Assembly: GCA_964640155.1 (NCBI GenBank)
Contig: CAZXEQ010000001.1
Coordinates: 396,403-428,402, forward strand
DNA: 32,000 nucleotides
From: an uncultured bacterium
Lineage (GTDB): Bacteria > Auribacterota > JACPWU01
Direction: 5' to 3'
The position numbers and the translations under genes were made by a program. This document shows, piece by piece, positions 1 to 12,000 of the stretch (its first letter is position 1; each line of letters begins with the position of its first letter). Under the pieces are notes generated by a model that saw only the letters and a program-made list of their open reading frames with translations, had not been told where the DNA came from and ran no database searches.

Positions 1-3000
1 GCGCAGGTTCCCTTCGTATGCGATCAAAAAGAACGGATTCATCTGATAATCCAAGAGACAGAGAAGAACCTATCTGCATTATTTTATAAGCTTTGTTCTG
101 GAGAGGTTCTTTTAGAAGAACATGATCCCATGAGCCTGGCAATAGAGGATCTGTAACTCCAAGCAAACTTTCCCAACTATTGATCATTCTTTCAATTCCC
201 AAGTTAGAATTCCAAAAAATATTATGAATATGATAAGAAGTCCATCTTGTCTTCAAAATTTCATAATTACTTGAATTTTTGAAAAATGCTTTAGCGTCAT
301 AAGTAGCGATCTCTTTTGATCCTTGTATCACTCTAATTGTATCTTTTCGGATATCCCAATGAAGAGAAATCGAAGCAGACCATGATGTCTTCTTAAGAGT
401 GTCTCTTAATAAGTTATGATCGAGAACTTGATCTCTTCTTGAGAATACAAGACCTCTCATATGATCAGCTCTTGCATCAAATCCTGAAACTCCATAAATC
501 CCTTGAAGAAGCGTTGTAAAAGCAGCGCGATAATAATGCTCTCTTACATCATCACTTTTAGCTAAAGCCGCACGTGTTAGAAAAACATCTACCTTGTCAT
601 AAGCAAACAGCACATATCCCTTCTCAAGGGTAATAGAATCTCCAACGTTGATACGCGTTTGAACAACATAATACGATCTTGATCCTAAAAGTTCCGCGTT
701 AAGCATAAAATGAAGCTTTCCAGAGTTTAATTTCTCTTTCAAATCAGCCCAAGAATCTAATCCTAAACTTTCAAACCACGGACGAAGACGCGCTTCACCT
801 CCCAAAACATCCAAAACAGAACCATTCACTTCAAACAGATCTTTTCCTCGGCCTTGTAATTCTTTAAGTCTAGTTTCTAAAACTTGATCTTGATCATGAA
901 CTGTTATATTTGCTTTTTCACTCCTTAAAATAACTTCTCTAAAAGCATTTTTCAATTCCAGAAAAAGCTGCTCTCGAGAATAAGTTAAAGCCATTTTCCC
1001 AACATAAATCTTCCCTTCTTTAACAATAATTCCTGGATCAGATTCCGAATCAATTACTACTTCAAAAGAAGATGGGTTTTTTCCCGTAAGAAATGCAAAG
1101 GCCTTAATAGCCCAATCGTGTAAAACTTCTGTGGAACCCTGTGGATGAACTCTTGCCATTCTCAATGAATCAAAGCTTAAGGAAAAATGCTCAAGAAGAA
1201 ACAAAAAATGAGAATAATCTTTTTCTAGATAATCCGAAGGAAGATGCACTTTAATTCCTATAGAATTAAGAGAAATCACAATTTTCCCTTGAAAATCTTT
1301 CAAGATACTGACATAGAATTTTTTCAAAGTTTGAATATATGGATCTTGTCCCAATGATGCAATCAATTTAGTAATCCATTTGGGCTGAAAATATGGATTT
1401 TGTCTCAGAGCATCTAACCATTTTTGCTTATCTACATCCTTCGTTTGTTTTAAAAGCTTTTCATAAAATTTTAAAACTTTTTCTTCTTCCTTTTCATTTT
1501 TCAGAATGGATTCGATTAAATTTGGATGACTCAACAAAAGTTCCCAGACTTTTTTCTTCACTTTATCCGCAATTTGTCCGGCCCTATCCTCTATTTCATC
1601 ATCCAATTGCAGAAGAGGATCCTTTTTCCAAGATTCCGTCATTCTCCTTAAATAATTCCAATCTTCCTCAAGAGCTGCTTGCTCCAAAATCCAAACCATT
1701 AAATCACTCAATTCGCCACATCCATCCTTTGCGTTTTCTCGACTTTGAGCATCTCGATTGTAAAAAGGTTCGTGCTGAACAGCATCTGTATGAGGGAGAT
1801 ACCCTATCCGCTCTATTAAAGGATGAACCAACGTCTGAGCTAAAATGGAAGCAGATACAGATTGCACAAAAGCTTCCGTCACATACACCCTAATAACCGC
1901 TTCTGCTTTTTCTTCAATTATATCTGTCCATTCATAAATAGGTCGGGTGCGCCCTTTTAATCGGAAACCCTTATCATCACCCATATTTATCACACAAACT
2001 TCTACGCGCCCTTCTTTAAAAACTTTGTGGCCTATTTTTAAAGGGACTTTCACATTTTGACCAAACAAAATAGCGCGAGCAATTTTTTTATGAAGACCTT
2101 CATAAAAAGGAGGAATATCTGAATTCCTCAAAGCTTCCGGAATTTTTTTCTGATTCATTTCATCACGTTGCATCACACGAATGGGATTTTTAGCAGCCAA
2201 ACCTTTCAGCTCTTTCGCTTCCAATTTAGTTAAATGGGCCTCCCCCGGAGCATGTTTAGTAGCAATTGCAGCTTGCCTTTGTCCCAAGCGTAAGCCTTCT
2301 TGAAGTAAATTCTGGAGATTACTTCGAGCTAAAGGTTCTTTTAAAAACGCCCCTATCTTTTTTGCCAATTCGTTGGGATCAAATCCTGACAATCTTCTCA
2401 TTTCCAAAATATTTTTTTGAATCAAATCTTCTATACGGAGAACGAATAAATGAGTTGAATGATTTCTAAGTAAATCTATCAAAGCATAAATAGCGTTGTC
2501 TATTCTCTCACCCTTCAAATCATTCAGAATCACTTCTAAAGTATCTCGAATAGAGACATGCTGAAATTCAAGCTCCTTATCATATTCATTTTTGATAATG
2601 ATATCCGCATCTCGACGTTCTTGATCTATTGTATAACGAAAAATAAAATTTCTTGTTTTCGGAAAATCTTTTACAAAGCGAACTTCCTCCATTTGAACTT
2701 TGCGGATTGATTCTAAAAAAGCCTTTTTTGCACTTTTAAAATATTTCTTACGATTTTTTGGAGTTCTTGCACGCTCAGATTTAAGAATCCATTTCAAGAC
2801 AGACGAAGCTAAGTCCTCTGACAAAGATTCTTCTGTTAATTTCCTTAACTGCTGAATATTATTAGCTTTTCTTGAAAGTCGGGCCAGTTGAAGTATATTT
2901 TTTTGCTGCATGAAAGGCCGAAGCCTTTCAACCAATATATCCTCATGAATTTCCATAAAAACATGAATATCTGCTTCCATAGGCTCAGTGGTTAAATCTG

Positions 3001-6000
3001 AAAATTTGTCTCGTCCATTTAATGAATACGCTCCTTCAACAATGACCAGTTTCTTTCCCTTTTTCTTTGCCTGTTCAACTTCTTTTTCCAAAGAAGATCG
3101 CTTTGAATAATCATCTGCATGAATAATAAAAATTTCAGAGGGTTTAATATCATTCAAACCCCATTGGGCAATTGCATCCACCCATGCTGTTTTTCCTGAT
3201 CCGGGGCGGCCTCCTACACGCACAATAACAGGCCCCTTTCTTTTAGACTTTATCGCGGATACTTTCATAAATAAATCGCCATAAGCCTCTCTAACTTCTT
3301 TTCTCTGAACTCCCCAACGGTTTTTAATCTTTTTACGATAAGGATATGTTCCTGACCGTAAGGTTCCTTTCCTTAATCCAAATCCATCTCTTTGTTCAAA
3401 CCTTTCTATATCGTCTATCGTTAATATTCCTTCTTCTCCAGGAAGTGTCACATGTATATCTCTTTCTGTTATCCATCTTTCACCTTTAGCCCCATGCAAA
3501 ATTTTATGACAAGCAATTGAAAGAATGCTCGCGATTTTTTGGAAACGCTGAAGCATCACTGAATCTATATTTTCATCTACATCTAATTCTGTCTGGGAAG
3601 CTGAAGCAACTTCTTTTGGAAGGGGTTGATAAGCATCTATTCCTTCTTCCATATAAGCATTCAAAACATGTTCTAAATCTGATAATGTTTCGACTCTATT
3701 GCTCTGCCCTTTAAGTTGCGGAATTTCCTCAGATAAGACTTTATTGATAAGCTTTCTAGCCTCATCATAACCAAACGCATCCATGACTCCATCTCCTAAG
3801 CAACGGACCGAGATATTGCTTATCCTACTGTATTGAAAGTTTAAAATATCTAATACTTGCGCTAAAGCCATCGGTTTTTCAGAAACTCGATCAAGATCCA
3901 CAAAAACAACACGATAATCTCCTTCTGCGGTTTTAATCATCATGATATTTTCTGGGGTAGGATCATCAATGATATGCCCATTTAAAACCTTCCACATGTC
4001 TAAAACGCCAGAAACAGCAGAGCGATAAAGCTTGTCCATTGCTTTAAAATAATCGGCTTCTGAAATAACTCGTTGGGCCTTCTGTGTTGCAAGATCTAAG
4101 CATAGTCTCTTTAAAGAAACTGCCTTTACCTTGCCTTCAGAATAAACTGTCACTTTCTCTCCCCCATTTAACTGTACATCCACATGAGGACCAATACTTG
4201 GATGCATACCTGCTGCTTTTAAAGCAAAACCAGCTTCTCTAGCCCTACGACGAGCTTCAGGAGTAACATCAGTTTGAGACCTAAAAACTTTCAAAATAAA
4301 AATATATTCATTTTTCTGAGAAATTTGTGCTCCCGATTGAACAACCACTTCGTAAACACGCTTTCTACTACCTTCATCTCCCCACAAACGAATTTCAATA
4401 GAAGCAATATCTTCAGGAGCTATAGAAATGCCATAAATAGAACGTAACGCCTCAATCACCATCGGTTGAACTTTTTCTCCTTGAAATCTCATAGTTTTAA
4501 TCAGTGCTCTTTGAATTACTTCTGTGTCACGATCTCCAATTTTTTCTTGGCGAAAATGCATTTTGGAAATTAATATATCTTTGAACTTTGAATCTTCAAC
4601 CCCAGACGCCTCATATCGATCGTCTAATTCTTTTCGAGCAGCTTGATAAAACAAACCCTTTGGATCATTGAAATGAATAGGTTCTACATTTTCTAATTCT
4701 TCAACACTCATACAAGCAATTTCACATTGAGCCAAGGCATGTGCAGAAGTCCCTTCTAAAGCTGCATCTACGGCACAAGCAATGGCATGAGCATGTTGAA
4801 TATCTGTTTCTGTAAATATTTGATCTTCTCCATCGAATTTTCCCTTATTAAAAATTAAATCTGCTATAATTTTTGCTTCAGTATATTCATGCCGTCTCAA
4901 AATTCTTTTCGCCTCTTTACCAATATCATCCTGATCCATTCTTTTTAATAAATCTTTACGAGTTTTAATTTTTCGACTGAGGAGATCCCAATAGGCCAGA
5001 TCTCCTCCATGATCTTTACTTGGTTCAATTTTCCCCAAAGGGTAAAATTGACTTTCACTTCCTTCTTCAATTGCTAAATTGGCATACTCTGTTTTTGGAG
5101 TTTTCTTTAAAACTTTTAAAACCACAGCTACTCTTTTTTGTAAATAGATCTCTTTTTCTTGAAGAGTTTCACCTGGAGGCCAATTTTCATCTTTTCGACC
5201 TTTGGCTGGGATTTTGAGGGCGGAAGGTTTAGTAGCACGTACCAGAGAAGATTCTTCGGGATATTCCAAAAATTTTCCTGCTACATCCTCTTTTAATTTA
5301 TCAAGAATAGGATTCCTAATTTGACGAGTACACGTGATATTGCCCATCCTTTTAATCACTTCAAATATAGCCAAAAATGCTTTGACCTGAGAAATCCCTT
5401 CATCGCTGCCAAAATAGCCCTTAAGAAATTGTTCAGCTAAGCTTTGCCCTTGAGCTGGATAAGCTTGATATAGGTGCATAGTGATAAACCAAAGCTCATA
5501 GTAAAGATATCCCAAGTCTTGAGCTGCCGTTAATCCCTCTCTTTTGATAACAGAATCTAAATCATGCAAAACAGGTAGCTGACCATTTAGGATAGAAATA
5601 TTGTTATAATGCAAAAATCGATGAATAAATCCTGAGTCATGAAATTGTCGAACAACTCTTCCATATGCCATTAAAGAGTGCGGATCAAAATGCTTAAATC
5701 TTTTATCAACTTCCATCCCATCACTTAAACCGAAAGCAATAAAAGCTGTTTTTCTTCCATTCAATTCGACTCCTGGATACTCTCCCCAAACCAGTGGATA
5801 TTTTGTTTGAGCAACGCCCGAAAGAGAAGTCCGAGGAGATAAAAGAGTTGCCATTTGATATAACATTTGAGTATTTAAAAATTCTTCTAACACCCCTTTT
5901 AACCAAGCACCTCCTTGTGGGATATCACTATAGGGAATTCTCATTAAATTCCCGCCCAAATCAAATCCCATAGACTCACCCACCCCCGATCCTGCATGAG

Positions 6001-9000
6001 CAATTAAGGGTTTTCTTGCATCAAAAACAACTCCTTTTGCTTGAACATCCTTCATGGGATTATCATCATAAAGGAAACGAGGCAGATACTGAGAACGGTC
6101 TCCCAAAGAAATTTCAACAGAACGAGTATTCTTTTGTGTTTTAACATTTGTGGAAGCACAAACTGCAATTTTCAAAATCATATTTCTAACATTTTGATTT
6201 TTAATTTCATCCACATGAATTTCTTCTGCCTCTTTTTCTCCAATCAATAACTCTTTATTTACATATAGAGTAATCAAACGATCTCCTTGAGGGACAATAA
6301 CTCGCCTTGTGAATCTAAGAACCCTTTCTTTTAAACGTTTTTCTTGCTCTTCAATTACAGCGAGATAAAATTTTCTTTCAACATCATTTGGATGATGTGG
6401 TTGTATTTGACTAAGCTCTTCATCACTCATTAAAGGAATCACTAATTTCATCAAAGGATGTAAAGCCCCATTGATATGGGCGTCCAAAGCAGAAGTGATG
6501 GCATGTCGTCGATCACGATCGGACTCCTGAAAAGTTCTTTCACCTTCAGGTTTTTCCAAATCTTCGTCAATCAATTGACGAAGTAAAACATTTTCGACAT
6601 ATTCATGACGACGAAGAATTTCGATAATTTTCTGAAATCTTGCTGGGTCTGTTTTTTCTAATGCATAGATGCCATCATAAAGATCTTCACGGACATAAAT
6701 AGCTTGAATATCCCCACTGTCCCAAAACTTACAAAAGGCAAAGTCATTGTTATGTTCTGGAGGGAATTTATTTCTTTCCAAACGTTCGATCTTTAACCCT
6801 TGATAAACATTGGGATCAAGCCTTTTCAAAACCTCATTCACTTGATCTTCGCCTATGGGTTGAGATATTTTTTTGCCTTGGCCTGGGATCGCAAAAGCCC
6901 CTTCTTTTTCTAAAGAGATTCCGAAATTCCAAAGATAATGAAGAAATAATGTCAGTACAAAAACTCCTACTAAAACACCTGGGTTTATTGCAGAGGTAAA
7001 ACTCAAGAGTGCTAGAGGAGAAAAGATAAAAAGACCATTCTTAAATTGAAGCCAAAGCATTTCAAGCTTTGCATCTTTACTTCCTGGCAAATGAAGAACA
7101 GAAAAGATGATAGCCGTCACAAAGACTGGAACAAAAAGTGCCAGAGGAGCTACTCCTAGTACAGGATTCAGTGCCAAGATAAGAGGCAAACTCACCAGGA
7201 TTGAAAATGCATTTTCAAACGCGGGGCCCCATTTTGGATAACCAGGCAAATGCTTTAGCCATAGGAAAAGGGCTTTCCTTCCCCCGCGAAGTTCTTCAGA
7301 TGTAGCTGACACCACAACAGCTTGTGGTGAAACTACTTGACCTAAACTTTCTGGAGAAACTCCTTTTTCAACTAAAAATGCTTTCAATACCACTTTAAAA
7401 GGAGGAACAAGTGCAGGAGTTTGCTCATCTAACATTCTATAAAAATAACTATCTCCCCTCCCAGCTTTATCCAATAACGGATAAGCTGCTTGTAGCATCT
7501 CCAATCCATGCTCAGGATACAGTGTTAAAACACCTTGAAAAATCTCGTATAACACCCATCTTAGCTGATCTCTTGACTGGAAAGCGGTTAGATGTCCTGC
7601 CAATATCAGCAGAATATCTACCAGTTGTGTATAGGTGCTTACCAAATCTACATCAATTAATTTTCCTTCAATTACATCTACTTCTCGAGAAATTTCACGA
7701 GAAGTCATTTCTAAAATTTTTCTTATTTTATCTGCTGTTATTTGATGAAGAGCACCATCTTCGTCTTCCATGTGAGAGTCTAAAGCATGCTCTCCTAAAA
7801 AATTTACAACTACATTTCCTCCATGAGGGTCATCAATAAAAGACTTTCGCCCTGTCGCTTCCCAAGCTCTTAAATAAATTCGGACAATATTACGTAAAAG
7901 AATGGATCTCATCATTAAAGCTTCTGTCGAGGAAAGATCTCTAGATGCCTCTAAATTTCTTACTTGTTGAACAATCCTTGACCATCTCAAGCCTTTAACT
8001 ACATCATCGCTCATGACCCATACTTCCCCTCCCCCAAGTGTTCCTTTTTCAGGAGACCAGGTAGCACCCAACGCAGGATAAAGACCTTTTTCATAAAGCA
8101 TTCTTGCCATTTCATTCATCATCTGAATTTGAAAATTCCCCCATTGTTGAACAACCGCGAGAAAGAAATTAGGTTGTGTTACTTCGATAACGATTTTATG
8201 CTGTTTGCCAGTGCTTAAGATCACTTTCACTTGATAAACATGTTTCATGCCATCTTGATCTACTTTAAAGCCAATCACTTCAACAGGTCCTTCTCCTAAC
8301 TCAAGTCCATGTGTGTTCATCAAAGTTTCTTCAATAAAATTATCTGCGAAGGCTGCTTCTAAAAAATGATGATCTGGTTCTTTAACCGTTGATGATCCAT
8401 GACTCCAAATAATTTGTCTCTGACTTCTTCGAGCAAGCTCAGTTTGCACAGCACTATAAAAAGCTTGATCTTGATCGTTAGGATGAGTTTCTTGAATTTT
8501 TTGTAATTCACTTTTTCTCATAAGCAAAATGACATGTTTCATAAGAGGGTGAAAAGTGGTAGGGTTAGGATTTTCTAAACTTCCACTTCCAATAGCAGCA
8601 TCAACCGCAGAGGTTAAAAAATGCTTTTGAGCTTCATCACCTGTCGCTAAAACACCTTCTCGAATCAATTGAGGAATTAAAACATTCTCAACATATTCAT
8701 GCCGTTTAATGATTAATTGAGCAACAGGATTTTTTTGAATGCGATTCCAAAGACTTCGACGAATTTGAACTTTGTAAGTTTTTTTGTCATTGCGAGCCGC
8801 AGGCGAAGCAATCTCAACCAATCTTGCAAAATCATCTCCCTTCCCATCAAAAGATTCGACAATTTCAAATGGGAGATTTTCATAATCGTGACTCCCATCT
8901 CTTTTCAAACGTTCCAAAATCGCATCAATTTTTGCAGCGGCTGGAGGACCTTGAGCATGCGTTTCACCTGAGCCAGGGGCTTTGAGAGCTCCTGGTCTTG

Positions 9001-12000
9001 GAGAGGCCGTTGCCTGTCTTCCTCTAATTCCATCAAACCAAAATGCCATGAAATGACAACTTGGAGAAAATAAAGTTTGAATATCACTTTGAGTCAGTAA
9101 TTCTCTAAAATTTAAAGTAGGAGGTTTTTTCTTAAGTGCTGCATCGATTCTTCCGGGATCGTCAACTTTTAGACTTTTTTGTGAAAGAATTTCCCAACGA
9201 AGCATGACTTGAAAAAAAGGGGACAAATCTGGATTTCTTAAAGCTCGATCTAAAATCCAAAGTCTTTCACGGCGCTCACTGAATCTTCCCTCACGTTCAC
9301 AAAATTTTTGCAAAGAAAGATGAAATTGGCCCAAATCACTTTCAGTCCAGAAATCACCTGGAGCGAAAAGATAGGACGCCTCTCTTCTTACAATCTCTGC
9401 CTCAAGATGAAGATATTTATAAATAGCATCAAAATATTTTTTTCGAAAGGCTTCGTCGCTGACTAGCTTGCGATCTATCTCATCGGAACTTGTATATCTT
9501 GGGAAAAGTTCGTTTTTTAAAGCTTGAAATTCTTCCCTCACTTTTTTTTGTTCAATCATTTTCCCCGCCCGAATACAAAACATTTTCAAAGAAGCTGAAC
9601 GTTCTTTGGAATAGCGTAAAAACTTTGCTACGTGAACTCGGATCACATTCCCAGTTACTTCAATCGGAAAAGATTCGTCCCGCTCTTCGGGTTCTGGCGT
9701 CTCATTTATTTCAAAATGAAAAGAAGAATTTTTATTTTGAATAGCTTCTAGTAATATTTCAAAATCCTCAGAGAAAGATGGACTTTCTGGTATTTGTCTT
9801 TTTGGCATTTGTTGAGCATATTTTCTCAAAATCCTAAGAATTTTATCTTTCGGTGTCTTATCTCTATCGATCTGCCAATTATGCACATAATGAAACAAAA
9901 TTGTGATACCCGTAACCCCTATCAAAAGAGGAATCTGTGCCACAGAAAAACCAAGAAACGTCACAACAATCATTAAGGGGGAGAATAATGCCCCTCCCAT
10001 CCAAAAATATTGAACAAAAAGTTCCCACTTAGAACCAGAACCTGATTTAGGGAAATGAAATAAAGAGAATAGAGTTGGAAATCCTAGAGCAAAAACAAAA
10101 TGATAAAATAAATCGCTTCTAGTTATAAAAGGAAGACCCGTCACAGCAGTGAGAATCGCAAAGAGTCCAAAATTAAGTAGAATTACAAAAACATTTTCAA
10201 AGGTCGGGCCCCATTTTTCATAATTTTTTAAATGTCTAAGCCAAGGGAAAAGGGCAAATTTTTCAAAAACAACTCTTGCCTCATCAGGCCTTAAAATATT
10301 TTTTGCAAAACCTATCTCTCCTTTTAGCACCTTATCCATATCTACAGCATCCAAACATAAACTTAATAGAAAAGGTTTACCAACACTTAGTTTTTTTTCT
10401 ATCCGAGAGCGTGAATTTGAACCCAATCCTGATGTTTCTTTTTCTAGTTCAAAACGAATCACCACTTGAAAGACAGGAGATAGTTCTGGATTTTCCAACA
10501 TCCGATCAAGGGCAAAAAACCTTAAACTTACATCATCATAAGGACGACCTCCATTCCATCTAACAACATCTGATGTTGACTGGTTAGGATCGTGAGCATA
10601 ACCATGGTTTTTAAAATACTCTAAACAAGCACGATCCTTCTGCATTCTCAACGTCAAATTATTTTGACTCCAAGTAAAATAGAGGCCTTGCAACCAAGGA
10701 TCTGCTTTGAAATTCTCATAAACTGTTTGAGCTGTTTCTTCCTTTGGATAAAGTTTCTTTTTCTGCTGTATTAACTCTCGCATCTTTTCTTGTTGTTCTA
10801 AAAAACCAGAAAAGCTAATGCAAAAAATCTCCAAATCTAAAGAACCCCCTTCATCCCCCGGCATAAAAGCGGCATAATCTAAAACAACTTTACCTTTTAT
10901 TAGTTGAATGGGAGGACTTGATGCTTCTGGTTTAGGAGTAACACCCAAAAACGGACCATTCTCTACTTCAATATCACCCGCTTTCAAGAGCTCTATCAAA
11001 TAATAAAATTTTTGTTTCTCAGTAAAATCATTTGTTTTGTCGTGAAATTTCTGGAAAATAGCTAAAATTTCTAATTGTGTATTGTCTAAATTGGGTACTT
11101 CTATAGATTGATGTTCAACCTTTCTTTCAACACTTTCACCATTCATAACTTTATTCCAAAGAGACAAAAACTCATTCCAAAAGAAATGAAGGGTAAATGA
11201 AAGAGCAAGAACCCATCCAAAAATAATTTGATTCATAATCAACGCAGGAAAACCTAAAACAAAAACAGATAAAATGAGAGGAGAAAGAATAAACAATCCA
11301 CTTATCAGCTGATCATGAAAAACCTTACTTTTTTCATTCCATGCAGTCCCCGGTAAATGAGACAAAGCAAATACGAATGGCAAAGCTATTGCTGAAACAA
11401 TCCGAATCATCGGACTAGGATGGTTGATAGCTTCAATACAGAAAGATTTTGTTGCAGCAACCCAAGGGCGAGATTCATCTAAAATTCCCCACTCAAAGAG
11501 CTTCATTGCAATCGCAAAAGGCGCTGCACTCCATCCAACTGCCCACAAATTTTCAAAAATGGGGCCCCATTTTGAATAACCAGGCAAATGCTTAAGCCAA
11601 GGGAAAAGGGCTTTATCATCTTGAATTGTTTGAGGGTTTCTTCTTTGAAGCTCTTGTTGAACCGCATTATAAAATTCTTTTCGAGTATCATTCGGATGCT
11701 TCTCTTGGATGGCCTCAAGCTCTGATTTTTTCATAACTTGAATCACACGCTTCATCAAGGCATGGACAGAATTGGGTTTTCTCTGGTCAATACTCCCATC
11801 CCCAATTCTTTCATCTACAATAGAGGCAAGTGTATGTGCTTGGGTTAAATCATCCGAATTCAAAGCGCCTAGCCTAAACAATCGAGGAATTACAACATGT
11901 TGTAGCCAAGCATGACGTCTCAAAATCAATTGAGCATCAGAATCTTCTTTAATTTGATTCCAAAGATGTCGATGAATTTTAAGAGTAGGTTTGAATTGAT

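Noticed and set aside
5721-11718. Minus-strand track ORFs 5721..5906, 8713..8898, 8905..9087 and 11503..11718
   Set aside because: Their start coordinates fall in the other two minus-strand frames (2 or 0 mod 3, against 1 mod 3 for the giant ORF). Their translations look non-protein-like.
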